Of a stretch of DNA of 41,798 nucleotides, positions 1 to 9,937 are shown piece by piece. The stretch lies in the sequence record SRR20825010_2030. One strand, given 5' to 3'. Position numbers and translations under genes: made by a program. The notes beneath the pieces were generated by a model that saw only the letters and a list, made by a program, of their open reading frames with translations, was not told the DNA's origin and made no database searches. Position 1 is the first letter of the stretch. The number at the start of each line of letters is the position of its first letter.

Positions 1-589
1 TGAAAATCTTGGTGCCGGTGATCTTGTAGGAGCCGTCGCCCACTTCTGTCGCCTTGGTGCGAATCAACCCGAGATCGGTGCCGCATTGCGGTTCGGTGAG
101 GTTCATCGTGCCAGTCCATTCGCCGGTCACGAGCTTAGGCAGATATTTGTCTTTGAGTTCATCCGAACCGTGATGCAACAGCGCGGAATATGCGCCGTGA
201 CTCAAGCCCGGATACATGCCAAACGCCATATTGGCCGACGATACCATTTCGTTGAACAGCACGCCCAGCGTGTTAGGCAGGCCCTGACCGCCATAGGCTG
301 GTGCAGCAACGAGAGCCGGCCATCCACCATCCACTAAGGTCTTGTAGGCTTCCTTGAAACCTTTGGGTGTGGTCACCACTCCGTTTTCAAGTTTGCAGCC
401 TTCCTTGTCGCCAACCGCATTCAACGGTTGCAGCACTTCTTCTGCCAGCTTGCCCGCTTCTTCCAGAATCTGATCTACCAAATCCATCGGGGCATCGCGA
501 AAGCCGGGCAGGTTCGCATATTGAGGGATGTTGAATGTATCGTTCAACAGAAAGCGATATTCCGGCAGGGGGGCTTTATAGCTGGGCAT
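1..589 (-). CDS. Acyl-CoA dehydrogenase (N-terminal part; runs off the window start)
   Basis: Not in the ORF track. Manual translation from ATG at 589 gives MPSYKAPLPEYRFLLND..., then GTMNLTEPQCGTDLGLIRTKA and YKITGTKIF, typical acyl-CoA dehydrogenase motifs. Lies downstream of the LiuR-like gene. Confidence 0.92.
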   Translation of the reverse strand, partial: MPSYKAPLPEYRFLLNDTFNIPQYANLPGFRDAPMDLVDQILEEAGKLAEEVLQPLNAVGDKEGCKLENGVVTTPKGFKEAYKTLVDGGWPALVAAPAYGGQGLPNTLGVLFNEMVSSANMAFGMYPGLSHGAYSALLHHGSDELKDKYLPKLVTGEWTGTMNLTEPQCGTDLGLIRTKATEVGDGSYKITGTKIF

Positions 590-663
590 GGCTGCACTCA
601 TATGTGCGGGCACGCATGATCAAGAGCGTGCCCGCTGTTTCGGGGAAAGCTAAAAATCGGACT

Positions 664-1209
664 TCAGACGGACGCGGACGCAGCACCGTTTGAAGCAGCC
701 ATTTTAACAGGTGTGTGCTTTGCGCGCTTGCGCGTTTCCGTGACAGATTTGGCAAGTTTGCCTTCTGCGATCTGACCTTCAAGCTGGCTTTCGAGGCGGG
801 CGCAGCTTTCTTTCAGCGTCTCGATCTGAAGCTCGATCTCGTTGCGCTGGCTTTCAAGGCTCTCGATGCGGCGACGGAATTTGTCGATAGCAACACGGTT
901 CTGTGTTTCGCAACCGTCTTTCAGATCATAGAGGGCAAGGATTTCTTTGATCTCAGACAGTGCAAGGCCGACATTCTTGCCGCGCACAATGAGGATCAAG
1001 CGGGCGCGGTCACGCGGATGATAGATGCGCGTCTGGCCCTGACGTTCAGGCGAGAGAAGCGACTTGTCTTCATAAAAACGGATGGCGCGGGTTGTCAGAC
1101 CAAATTCTTCGGCCAGCTGCGTAATCGAATAGGTCACGCCGCAATCTTCGTGGCGGGCAGCGGCATGCGTATCGTTCTGGTTGGCACGGTTTGCGATTTG
1201 CTGATCCAT
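664..1209 (-). CDS. MerR-family transcriptional regulator, LiuR-like
   Basis: YSITQLAEEFGLTTRAIRFYEDKSLLSPERQGQTRIY MerR HTH plus coiled coil; next to an acyl-CoA dehydrogenase; LiuR-type palindrome upstream. Confidence 0.9.
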   Translation of the reverse strand: MDQQIANRANQNDTHAAARHEDCGVTYSITQLAEEFGLTTRAIRFYEDKSLLSPERQGQTRIYHPRDRARLILIVRGKNVGLALSEIKEILALYDLKDGCETQNRVAIDKFRRRIESLESQRNEIELQIETLKESCARLESQLEGQIAEGKLAKSVTETRKRAKHTPVKMAASNGAASASV

Positions 1210-1337
1210 AGCTTCCTATCTCCCTGTTACTGGACTTCGGTCTATTTTTTAGGAGCGGCACTCACCGTCCCCTGCGCTCCGAATGTCCGGTCGCTTAATT
1301 GAATGACAGTTTTTCTGCGATTTTTATCGTTGGCAGC

Positions 1338-1366
1338 ACGCTATTTGACGTTGACGTAAACGTCAA
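1338..1366 (-). promoter_or_regulatory. Putative sigma70 promoter for the MerR/acyl-CoA dehydrogenase unit
   Basis: Minus strand reads TTGACG-17 nt-TAGCGT and overlaps the operator. Confidence 0.6.
1345..1366. promoter_or_regulatory. LiuR-type operator palindrome TTGACGTTGACGTAAACGTCAA
   Basis: 22-bp near-palindrome (one mismatched pair) with repeated ACGT cores, like the known LiuR motif; upstream of the MerR gene. Confidence 0.8.
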
Positions 1367-1458
1367 TAGGCAGAGCCACGATTGTTGCGTTACCGCTCGC
1401 GGCTTGGTTCTATGCCTATTGAAACGGGGCCTTCAGCCTCGAAAAAGTGAGGAAAAGC

Positions 1459-2064
1459 ATGAGTTTCATTCAAACAGGCGATTCTGGAAGCAATCGGGCG
1501 CCTGCCCGTAACTGGCTCGCAGTGGCGGGGTTACCTGTTTTTCTGGCTCTGTTTCTGGCCGCCTGCGCGGGCGGCACCAATCTGGCTCCGCCGCCTCCGG
1601 TGCAAGTGAGTGTGGACAGTCTGCCCGAAGCGGCAAAAAAGGCTGCAATGGGTGAAACTGAGGATAGCCGTGCAATTCTGGCGGCTATCAACGAATATCG
1701 GGCTGATCACGGCATTCCGCCCCTCACGGCAAACCGCGAGTTGCAATATGCCGCTGCCGTGCACAGCGCAGATATGGCGCAAAGAGGTTTCTTTGGCCAT
1801 TTCAATCCCGATGGACAGGGACCGAGTGAGAGGCTGAAAGCCGCATGGCCGGAGTTCAAAGGCAGTTTCGCTGAAAATGTTGCAGTGCTCGAAAATACCG
1901 GTCCGATGAGTTCGCAAGAACTGGCCGACACATTGGTCAAGCAATGGGTCGCGAGCCCACCTCACCGCAAAAACATCCGCAATGCCGCCTATACGCTTAG
2001 CGATATCGGGATCGCGCGCTCGGGCGAGCGGGTTTATGTTACTGAACTCTTTGCAACACCCTGA
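1459..2064 (+). CDS. CAP (SCP/PR-1) domain lipoprotein
   Basis: Lipobox LAAC; CAP motifs INEYRADHGIPPL, HSADMAQRGFFGH, ENVA, WVASPPHRKNI. Start is GTG 1447 or ATG 1459 (GAGGAAAAGC upstream favours 1459). Confidence 0.88.
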   Translation: MSFIQTGDSGSNRAPARNWLAVAGLPVFLALFLAACAGGTNLAPPPPVQVSVDSLPEAAKKAAMGETEDSRAILAAINEYRADHGIPPLTANRELQYAAAVHSADMAQRGFFGHFNPDGQGPSERLKAAWPEFKGSFAENVAVLENTGPMSSQELADTLVKQWVASPPHRKNIRNAAYTLSDIGIARSGERVYVTELFATP

Positions 2065-2079
2065 GTGGTGCGACCCTGC

Positions 2080-2094
2080 GGGACGAAACGTCCC
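2080..2094 (+). terminator. Small hairpin after the CAP gene (possible terminator)
   Basis: GGGACG-AAA-CGTCCC 15 nt after the stop; no clear U-tract. Confidence 0.3.
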
Positions 2095-2122
2095 ACTTCG
2101 AATCACCGATTTTCAACACTCA

Positions 2123-2138
2123 TTAACGCGGTATTTAC
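2123..2138 (+). promoter_or_regulatory. Candidate CtrA box upstream of podJ
   Basis: TTAA-cgcggta-TTTAC, one mismatch to TTAA-N7-TTAAC; GANTC sites at 2100 and 2321. Confidence 0.5.
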
Positions 2139-2327
2139 CCTCACTGCTGTTTCATGTTGGGGCACTAGCCGTTCGGAAATTTCCATTTGAGAAACTTGTT
2201 TGGCCAATAACCCGGCAAGATAGGTCATCGAATGTCCGAACTGCGCGTGATTAGGCAAGGCCGCGTACTCTCAAACGAAGAAGATGTGGCCTATACTCAT
2301 CGAAACGGTTAACAGGCAGTGATTCGG

Positions 2328-5300
2328 ATGAGATCGGGTGTACCTTGGAGCGTAAAAGGCATCGAGCCTGAAGCGCGTGAAGCCGCCAAGCAGGCCGCGC
2401 GCCGTGCGGGCGTGACCCTTGGTGCCTGGCTCAATCAGGTCATTATGGATGGCGGAACGGATGAAGTGGGTCGGGCCGACGCCGAAGCGCTTTATAGAGA
2501 GACGCAATCATCGCCCGCACCCGCTCAGGCAAAGCATCAAGCCATGGACGAACGTATCGCTGTTGATATGGCCCCGGTGGCCGAAGCCGTGCGTGACATA
2601 GTCGCCCGCGTTGAGCAAAGCGAGAAACGAACACAAGAACTTGCACGGCGAATGGAACAGACGGTTGGCCAAATTGCCGAGCGACTGGATTACTCGGACC
2701 GGCATGCCGAGCCAGCTGCTGCCGAACCCCGCGGATTTGACCCACTGGAACGCAAAATCCAACAACTTTCAGAACGGCTCGAACAAGCCGAACGCAACCG
2801 TAGCGGTTTTGGTCGCAAAGGCGCGGATGACCGCGCCCAGTTGCAGACACTCGAAAAAGCCGTGAACGCTGTTGTCGACCATCTAGAAACCGCTGAGCGG
2901 CGCACTGATGAATCGATGGCCGAAATCCGTCGTACGCTCGCTGAAATCGCAAGCCGTGTGGACCAGCACGAAGAAGAAGAAGCTCGCGAGGAGGCTGAGG
3001 CCCGCGCGCGGGCTGCCGAAGATCACATGAAATTGCTCGCCCAGCGGCTAGAGCAGATGGAACAATCTGTATCAGGCGTCGGGCCACAGGCCGTTGACGC
3101 CGCCTTGCGCGCAATTGCCGAAAAAGACGATGAGGAACGCCACAAGGCGACTATCTCGAATTTGCAGACCAGTCTTTCGGAAATCACGCAGCGGCTGGAA
3201 CGCGCGGAAAAGCGCACGGACGAAACGCTCAAGACGTTTGAACTAACTGTTACCGGCATTGCCCGCCGCCTTGAAGACATGGATGCCTCGCGCGACCAGA
3301 ATATCGAGCAGGCGCTCGAAGCACGTGTGCATCAGGCTGATGCGCGTGCGCAGGAAGTGGAAGCACGGCTGGAAGACATTACCGCTCGCTTGCATCAGAG
3401 CGAGGAAATGTCATTGCAGGCCGCGCAAACCATCGAGCGCGCCATTGCCGGGATGTCCGAAAGCCTCAATGGCACCGAAACACGCTCACGCGAAACAATC
3501 GATAATCTCAACGTCATGCTGGAACGCATGACTGATCGCCTTGGCCGCATTGAACGCGAAACAAAAGCCACGCGTACATCGCTGAATCAGACGGTCGCGT
3601 CCGGCTCACTCTCGCCGGTCCTGAATGTGGGCCATCCGCAGAGTGGCCTTGCAGGCAATGGTTTTGTACCAGGCGGTCAGGCATTTCCGATCCCAAATTT
3701 CGACGCCCCATCGCTTGGCGGCGGATATGATCCGTTACCGCCGATGGGTAATGACTTTCGTAGTCCCCATGCGCAGCCCCCTGTCGCGCCGCACACAACA
3801 CCACTTGTGACGCCTGAGCACACATTCGCGACCGATGATCTGCCGCCACCGCCTTTCGCCCCCGCTTCGGAGCGCGTTGAACCACGCCTTAACGACAGTT
3901 TGCCGGACGAAGACGAACCTGCCGACGAGGCATACGAAGAAGAGGCCGCCGCTCCCATTGATGAACCTGCGCGCGTTGCCGAAGACTTCATGGCCGCTGC
4001 ACGTCGCGCGGCACAGGCTGCATCCATGCACGGTCAAAACGGTCATCAGGGCAGTCCGGCGTCCGGCGCATATACAGGTGCTTATGCGCCGCGCTATGCC
4101 GCCTATGATGACGGCGAAAGCCGGAGCAAGAAATTCATCTATGCTGGTATTGCAGCGGTTGTGGTGATTGCACTTGCCATCGGTGCCATGCGTCTTTTGA
4201 ACAATGATCCTGTGATCGTTTCGACAACGCCATCAAGCGACGGCGAAAAAGTACTGGCCGATATGGAAGCCAGCACCCAGACTTCACAACCGAGTTCGGC
4301 GCCCACAACCGTACCAGCCAAAGCCACTGACGCCGAAAATATTCATCCGGAGGCCACACCGGAGGACGCTGGAACCGCAAATGAAAAAGCGGCTTCAGCG
4401 TCCACCACGTCTAATGCAGATACCATAGTGCCCGTGGCCAAACCCAAAGCAGAACGCGCGCCCAATCAGGTCACGCAGGCCCCACCCGCAAAACCTGCCG
4501 CACCCGCCACACCGGCGCCTTCAAAACCTGTTGCCTCCGCCCCGCTTGCCAACGTGCCAGCATCGGAACGTGACTTGCGAGCTGCGGCAGTAGCCGGCAA
4601 TCCGGCAGCCCAATATGAAGTCGGCCAGCGCTATGCCAATGGCGAGAACGTGCCGCAGGACCTTTCGCAGGCCGCTTACTGGTACACTCAGGCTGCTGAT
4701 CAAGGACTGGCGATTGCTCAATATCGCCTCGCAGCCCTCTACGAAAAGGGTCGTGGCCTGTCGCAGGATGATGCCAAAGCACGCAGCTGGTATGAAAAGG
4801 CTGCAACGCAAGGCAACGTGAAAGCCATGCACAATCTAGCTGTGATATACGCAGAAGGCCGTGGCACACGACAGGATTTCACAACAGCGGCTCGCTGGTT
4901 TGGCTCGGCCGCCGATTACGGTCTGGGCGACAGCCAATATAATTTGGCAATCCTGCAAGAACGCGGTTTGGGCGTCCCACAGGATCTGGTCCTTGCCTAT
5001 AAATGGCTCGCAATTGCCGCCAATGGCGGCGACAAGGGCGCCGCCACGAAACGCGAAGAAGTTGCTGCCCGTCTTGATCCGGCCAAGCTAGCGCAAGCCA
5101 AACAGGCTGTGCAGTCATGGTCGGCAAAACGACCTGACCCTGTTGCCAATGGTGATCTGAGCGCGCTTGGTAGCTGGGCATTGCTCACCCCCTCCGAGAC
5201 AACGGCAAGCCTGTCGAGCGACATGCCCGCCGCCCCTGCCCGCAACGATCTGGCAAATGCCCAGGCTATGCTGATCGCACTTGGCTACAATCCGGGTTCG

Positions 5301-5426
5301 TCGGATGGATTGATGGGCCCGCGCACGCGGCAAGCCATTCTCGACTATCAGCGCTTCGCGGGTCTTGACCAGACCGGCAGTGTCAATCGCGCCTTGCTCA
5401 AGTCACTCGAAATCGCGACACGCTGA
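2328..5426 (+). CDS. podJ: Polar organelle development protein PodJ-like (coiled coil, TM, Sel1 repeats, peptidoglycan-binding domain)
   Basis: N-terminal PWSVKGIEPEAREAAKQAARRAGVTLGAWLN signature, long coiled coil, P-rich linker, one TM (FIYAGIAAVVVIALAIGAM), Sel1 repeats (AQYEVGQRYANG, AMHNLAVIYAEG), C-terminal PG-binding (LGYNPGSSDGLMGPRTRQAI). Alternative GTG start at 2319. Confidence 0.88.
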   Translation: MRSGVPWSVKGIEPEAREAAKQAARRAGVTLGAWLNQVIMDGGTDEVGRADAEALYRETQSSPAPAQAKHQAMDERIAVDMAPVAEAVRDIVARVEQSEKRTQELARRMEQTVGQIAERLDYSDRHAEPAAAEPRGFDPLERKIQQLSERLEQAERNRSGFGRKGADDRAQLQTLEKAVNAVVDHLETAERRTDESMAEIRRTLAEIASRVDQHEEEEAREEAEARARAAEDHMKLLAQRLEQMEQSVSGVGPQAVDAALRAIAEKDDEERHKATISNLQTSLSEITQRLERAEKRTDETLKTFELTVTGIARRLEDMDASRDQNIEQALEARVHQADARAQEVEARLEDITARLHQSEEMSLQAAQTIERAIAGMSESLNGTETRSRETIDNLNVMLERMTDRLGRIERETKATRTSLNQTVASGSLSPVLNVGHPQSGLAGNGFVPGGQAFPIPNFDAPSLGGGYDPLPPMGNDFRSPHAQPPVAPHTTPLVTPEHTFATDDLPPPPFAPASERVEPRLNDSLPDEDEPADEAYEEEAAAPIDEPARVAEDFMAAARRAAQAASMHGQNGHQGSPASGAYTGAYAPRYAAYDDGESRSKKFIYAGIAAVVVIALAIGAMRLLNNDPVIVSTTPSSDGEKVLADMEASTQTSQPSSAPTTVPAKATDAENIHPEATPEDAGTANEKAASASTTSNADTIVPVAKPKAERAPNQVTQAPPAKPAAPATPAPSKPVASAPLANVPASERDLRAAAVAGNPAAQYEVGQRYANGENVPQDLSQAAYWYTQAADQGLAIAQYRLAALYEKGRGLSQDDAKARSWYEKAATQGNVKAMHNLAVIYAEGRGTRQDFTTAARWFGSAADYGLGDSQYNLAILQERGLGVPQDLVLAYKWLAIAANGGDKGAATKREEVAARLDPAKLAQAKQAVQSWSAKRPDPVANGDLSALGSWALLTPSETTASLSSDMPAAPARNDLANAQAMLIALGYNPGSSDGLMGPRTRQAILDYQRFAGLDQTGSVNRALLKSLEIATR

Positions 5427-5608
5427 AAGCAATCTGGTCACACATTCTGACTCTGTGTCGCAAGCCCGACAAAAAAAGCGCATTTCACTTTTCCATTGTG
5501 ACTTGTAGGACTAGGCTTACATTCGCGCTACGTCGATCTCCTTCCCCGTAGGACGCATAACAGGTAGCTCAAACCTGACCTTCTCCGCCTTCGGGGACAC
5601 TTTACGCC

Positions 5609-6535
5609 ATGCAGATCTATCTGCCGATTGCAGAATTGCCCGTGAACATCATTGTCATCCTCGCCATGGGGCTGACTGTTGGGTTTCTGTCGGGCATGTT
5701 TGGCGTGGGTGGCGGGTTTTTGATGACACCGCTCCTGATCTTTCTCGGCATTCCGCCGGCTGTTGCCGTCGGCACACAATCGACTCAAGTGGTCGCCTCG
5801 TCGGTTACCGGCGCATTGGCGCATTGGCGCAATGCGTCGATCGATTTCAAGATGGGCGGGGTGATGCTGGTTGGCGGCGTTTTCGGCTCGTTTACCGGTA
5901 TTGCCATTTTCCGGCTGCTGACCAAGATCGGCCAGATCGATCTGATGATCTCCATCATCTATGTCGTTTTCCTGTCGATCATCGGCTCGATGATGATGAC
6001 GGAAAGCCTGAGGGCTATTCTGGCCGAACGACGCGGCACAGCAGTCGCATCCAGTCGTGGCGGTCAGCATATCTGGATACATGGCCTACCCTTCAAGATG
6101 CGGTTCCGCCGTTCCAAGCTCTATATCAGCGTCATACCGCCCATTCTGATCGGCTATTTTGTCGGCATGTTATCTGCGATCATGGGTGTCGGCGGCGGCT
6201 TTATCATGGTGCCGGCCATGATCTATCTGCTGCGCATGCCGACATCTGTGGTGATCGGCACATCACTCTTTCAGATTGTTTTTGTAAGCGCGCTGACCGG
6301 CGTCATGCATTCGGTAGAAAACCAAGCTGTTGATGCCATGCTCGCTCTGTTGCTGGTGCTCGGCGGTGTCGTGGGTGCGCAATATGGCGTGCGGGCAGCC
6401 GCAAAGCTGCAAGGTGCACAGTTGCGCGCCATGCTGGCGCTGATCGTGCTGGTAATGGGGCTGCGTCTGGGTTGGGATCTTGTCACACGACCTGACGATC
6501 TGTTCTCGATTAGCGATGTGGTGCCCCACTCATGA
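5609..6535 (+). CDS. Sulfite exporter TauE/SafE family membrane protein
   Basis: Duplicated GFLSGMFGVGGGF / GMLSAIMGVGGGF motifs; multi-TM. Confidence 0.92.
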   Translation: MQIYLPIAELPVNIIVILAMGLTVGFLSGMFGVGGGFLMTPLLIFLGIPPAVAVGTQSTQVVASSVTGALAHWRNASIDFKMGGVMLVGGVFGSFTGIAIFRLLTKIGQIDLMISIIYVVFLSIIGSMMMTESLRAILAERRGTAVASSRGGQHIWIHGLPFKMRFRRSKLYISVIPPILIGYFVGMLSAIMGVGGGFIMVPAMIYLLRMPTSVVIGTSLFQIVFVSALTGVMHSVENQAVDAMLALLLVLGGVVGAQYGVRAAAKLQGAQLRAMLALIVLVMGLRLGWDLVTRPDDLFSISDVVPHS

Positions 6536-7341
6536 TCGCGCAGCGTCACATCATAGGCCTCGCTCTTGTAGCTCTTGTAGCTCTTGGTGCACTTGCGACC
6601 GGAGCGGCACAGGCAGCACAGCTTGTGACCGATCTTTCAGAGCATCAAATCCGTATCCGCTCCAACTTCAACGGCACGCAAATTCTGCTCTTCGGCGCTA
6701 TCGAAGTGAACAATGCCAATGAACGCGCGCTAGATCGTGATGTCGTGATTGTGGTCACAGGTCCATCGCGACCGATCACCGTACGCCGCAAGGATCGTGT
6801 GGCCGGGATCTGGGTCAATCGCGATGCGGTGACCTTTCCCAATGTGCCGGGCTATTATGCCGTGGCCAGCAGCCGCCCTCTAGAAGTGACTGCGAATACA
6901 GAACTTCTCGCGCGTGAGCAAATCGGCATAGACAATATCAATTTCGGCACACCGCAGGCCCAGAGCATGGATGGCAGCCGCATGCTGATGGCGCCAGAGC
7001 AGGAAAGAGACTTTGCTAAAGCCCTGATCCGCAACAAGCGTCGTGACAGCCTTTATACATCCGATCCCGGCGGCATCATCTTTCTGGGCCAAACATTGTT
7101 CCGCGCCACAGTGGACATTCCTGCCAATGTGCCCGTGGGCCTGTACACGGCGACAGTGTTCCTGTTGCATGAAGGCCAAGTCGTGGATGCTATTTCCTCG
7201 CCACTCTATATCGACAAAAGTGGAATGGAGCGGTTCCTCTACCGGTTCGCTCATAATGACGCTTTGCTTTATGGACTGATCGCGGTCTTCGGCGCGGCAC
7301 TGGCTGGCTGGCTCGGGTCGGCTATATTGCGGCCACGCTGA
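6532..7341 (+). CDS. TIGR02186-family protein (partner of TauE)
   Basis: LVTDLSEHQIRIRSNFNGTQILLFG, VRRKDRVAGIWVN, LFRATVDIPANVPVG; C-terminal TM; ATGA overlap with tauE. Confidence 0.88.
   Translation: MIAQRHIIGLALVALVALGALATGAAQAAQLVTDLSEHQIRIRSNFNGTQILLFGAIEVNNANERALDRDVVIVVTGPSRPITVRRKDRVAGIWVNRDAVTFPNVPGYYAVASSRPLEVTANTELLAREQIGIDNINFGTPQAQSMDGSRMLMAPEQERDFAKALIRNKRRDSLYTSDPGGIIFLGQTLFRATVDIPANVPVGLYTATVFLLHEGQVVDAISSPLYIDKSGMERFLYRFAHNDALLYGLIAVFGAALAGWLGSAILRPR
6562..6586 (+). repeat. 9-bp tandem repeat (GCTCTTGTA x2.8) in the signal-peptide coding region
   Basis: gctcttgta gctcttgta gctcttg encodes ALVALVALG. Confidence 0.8.
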
Positions 7342-7369
7342 CCGCCATACGATACTAAGGGGGACCCAG

Positions 7370-7789
7370 ATGACCGCAGAACTTGTGACGCGGCTCAACG
7401 CCTTCGCTGCAAAGAAACATCCCGGTCTTGTCGGCGTGATACTGGATATTTGCGAGCCGGAGCTGGTCACGGGTCATATGAGGGTGAGCGAGCATGTGAT
7501 CGCCGGCACGGGCTTTTTGTGGGCACCTGTGGTTATTACGCTGGCCGACTGGCTTTGCGCCGCTGGCATGTCGCCAAACTTGCCCGAAGGTGCGAGTTTT
7601 ACGACTGTCGAACTCAAAACCAATTTTCTGGGCAGTGCCCGCGAGGGAGAAATTGTCACAGGACGTGCGACACCTGCCCATCGTGGCAAAAGCACTCATG
7701 TGTGGGATGTTGAGGTGCGCAATGAAAGCACGGACCGCGTGATCGCACTTTTCCGTTGCACTCAGATGATCCTCTATCCCAAAGGGTAA
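7370..7789 (+). CDS. PaaI-family (hotdog) thioesterase
   Basis: GTGFLWAPVVITLAD, FTTVELKTNFLG, HRGKSTHVWDVEV, ALFRCTQMIL. Confidence 0.88.
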   Translation: MTAELVTRLNAFAAKKHPGLVGVILDICEPELVTGHMRVSEHVIAGTGFLWAPVVITLADWLCAAGMSPNLPEGASFTTVELKTNFLGSAREGEIVTGRATPAHRGKSTHVWDVEVRNESTDRVIALFRCTQMILYPKG

Positions 7790-7833
7790 CTTTCGCTTCG
7801 CGACGACGAAAGCAAGACCAACGAAAGCACCAT

Positions 7834-8613
7834 ATGTCTACATTCGATATTTCATATGCCGCTGCGGCGGCCGGCGGGTTGCTCAGCTTTCTCTCACCGT
7901 GTGTGCTGCCTCTGGTCCCGGCCTACCTCTGCTTCATCGCAGGCACATCTTTTGAGGAGCTGACACGGGAAGATGCGAAAGGCGAGGCACTCGGCTCGGA
8001 AGGTCTCACACGCCGCGTCGCACTCGGTGCTATCGGTTTTGTATTGGGCTTCAGCACCATATTCATTGCTTTGGGGGCCAGTGCATCCGCTATCAATCCA
8101 CTGATCCTCGCGCATAAGGAAATTCTAGGCCGCATAGCGGGCGTCATCATCATTATTTTTGGCCTGCATTATATGGGCCTCTTCCGCATTGCCTTTCTCA
8201 ATCGCGAGGCACGCTTCCAGCCCGAACATATTGGCGATGTCACACAAAGCACATGGGCGCAGTTTGCCAGCCCCTATGTGCTCGGCCTTGCCTTTGCCTT
8301 TGGTTGGACCCCCTGCATCGGGCCCATCCTTGCCACTATCCTTGCCATCGCCGCATCGCATGACAGCCTAACTTCGGGTGTTTTGCTGTTGGCCACCTAT
8401 TCATTCGGGCTTGGTATTCCTTTTTTGGCAGCGGCCTTCGCCATTCGCGGATTTCTGGGATTTGCCAAGCGAATCCGTCGCCATATGGGAAAAATAGAAA
8501 TGTCGGCTGGTTTGCTTCTGGCCGGAACCGGCCTTCTCATGGCGCTCGGTTCCTTCGAAATGATTGCCATAACCCTCCTCAATATGTTTCCTTTCCTTGC
8601 AAAGCTCGGCTGA
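7834..8613 (+). CDS. ccdA: Cytochrome c biogenesis protein CcdA (DsbD TM domain)
   Basis: SFLSPCVLPLVP and FGWTPCIGPIL redox-Cys motifs; ATG at 7834 chosen. Confidence 0.92.
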   Translation: MSTFDISYAAAAAGGLLSFLSPCVLPLVPAYLCFIAGTSFEELTREDAKGEALGSEGLTRRVALGAIGFVLGFSTIFIALGASASAINPLILAHKEILGRIAGVIIIIFGLHYMGLFRIAFLNREARFQPEHIGDVTQSTWAQFASPYVLGLAFAFGWTPCIGPILATILAIAASHDSLTSGVLLLATYSFGLGIPFLAAAFAIRGFLGFAKRIRRHMGKIEMSAGLLLAGTGLLMALGSFEMIAITLLNMFPFLAKLG

Positions 8614-8681
8614 TAGAGCCCCCGCTCGTCAAGGCGGCAATATAAAGAGCAATCTAAACACGACCAGTTGAATGGAATCCG

Positions 8682-9206
8682 ATGAGTAACAACGTACAGA
8701 CAACGGAGACCATGGAGACGCTGGCAACAACTGCTGATGCCACGCCTGCAAAACCCCTCCGTCCGCGTCGCCATTCCGCAGGCGTGCTTGTCGTGGGATA
8801 TGGAGTGCTCGTGCCGCTGGTTGCCATGGCAATGGTCGTATTGCTGACCTATCCGGCAAGTGGCGTTGAGAATGTCCTGAAAGTCCAGATTACATACTGC
8901 GTCGCTCTGCTGTCATTTTTGGGCGGGGTACGTTGGGGCATTTCACTGATGTCGGGCGGCCCGCATCTGCGCTTCCGTCCATTAGCGCTCATCATGCTCT
9001 CGATGCCCTATGCCTGGTCGATCCTGTTTATGTCGCCACCAGTTGCGCTGGCTGCATTGATGGCCGGTTTTCTGCTCGTCGCTCTTGCGGAGCGTGCGGG
9101 CACAAACAGTCCGGTGCCCGACTGGTATCACGCCTTGCTGGTGCCCTTCACTGTGATGATCGAAATAGCCCTTGGCCTGACACTACTCTTCATTTTGAAC
9201 AGCTAA
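8682..9206 (+). CDS. DUF3429-like membrane protein
   Basis: YCVALLSFLGGVRWG and PDWY motifs; multi-TM. Confidence 0.75.
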   Translation: MSNNVQTTETMETLATTADATPAKPLRPRRHSAGVLVVGYGVLVPLVAMAMVVLLTYPASGVENVLKVQITYCVALLSFLGGVRWGISLMSGGPHLRFRPLALIMLSMPYAWSILFMSPPVALAALMAGFLLVALAERAGTNSPVPDWYHALLVPFTVMIEIALGLTLLFILNS

Positions 9207-9937
9207 TCACTTTCAAGCTTTCGTGCCGCCACAGGCACAACTGTGCGTGCGCCCATCATCCAGGCATGAAAGCTACCTGCGGGCAGCAGCGGACTAAAAG
9301 CCTCGTCCAGCACATTCAATCCGCCTGCATAGGCTCCGAAGGCCGGTAATATCGCTCTTGTGCCATCTGACACAACACAGCGCCGACGTAAACGACGTCC
9401 TCGCACTCGCACCGCCGCGACCGGATGGAGATGGCCCGCCAACTCGCCCGTCACAGGTGCTACTTGAGGCTCATGTCGCATGACAAGCGGACCGATGCGC
9501 AATTCTTCATACACTTCACCGCCGAAACGACGTGGCGGCACGGGATCATGATTGCCGCTGATCCAGACCCATTGCGTAGCGCGAGTCAGCGCTTCGATGG
9601 ACAGCGAATCCACTTCGTTCATGCGGGTTTCGGCCGCTCGGTCATGAAAACTGTCGCCCAGCGCGACAAGGCGCACCGGCGCAAAGCGAGCGACCAGCTT
9701 CTGCAATCGTGAAATCGTAGCGCGCGTGTCATAAGGCGGCAATGCAATGCCTTTGGCCGCGAATGACGATCCTTTTTCAAAATGCAGATCGGCGACGATC
9801 AGTGTTTTTTCCTTCTCCCACCAGACAGCACCTTCCGGCAGCACGCTCAACATCGTGCCTGCCACGTGCAATTGTGGCGCATTTAAAAGACGATCATCAT
9901 GGATGGGTGCATCAAACAAGTCGTGTCGCCTCTTCAA
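9203..9937 (-). CDS. pdeM: Ligase-associated DNA damage response endonuclease (metallophosphoesterase MPE/PdeM)
   Basis: ADLHFEKG, LPPYDT, LGDSFHD, GNHD, RHEP, GHLHP, LPAFG motifs; overlaps the Lhr-core helicase stop. Start uncertain (TTG 9937 or ATG 9853). Confidence 0.9.
   Translation of the reverse strand: MKRRHDLFDAPIHDDRLLNAPQLHVAGTMLSVLPEGAVWWEKEKTLIVADLHFEKGSSFAAKGIALPPYDTRATISRLQKLVARFAPVRLVALGDSFHDRAAETRMNEVDSLSIEALTRATQWVWISGNHDPVPPRRFGGEVYEELRIGPLVMRHEPQVAPVTGELAGHLHPVAAVRVRGRRLRRRCVVSDGTRAILPAFGAYAGGLNVLDEAFSPLLPAGSFHAWMMGARTVVPVAARKLESD

Noticed and set aside
1244-1280. Hairpin with adjacent T-run in the MerR leader, considered as an attenuator/terminator
   Set aside because: The T-run precedes the stem on + and is an A-run after it on -, the wrong geometry for an intrinsic terminator.
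6562-6586. 9-bp tandem repeat as a phase-variation switch
   Set aside because: The unit is a multiple of three, so slippage only changes signal-peptide length.
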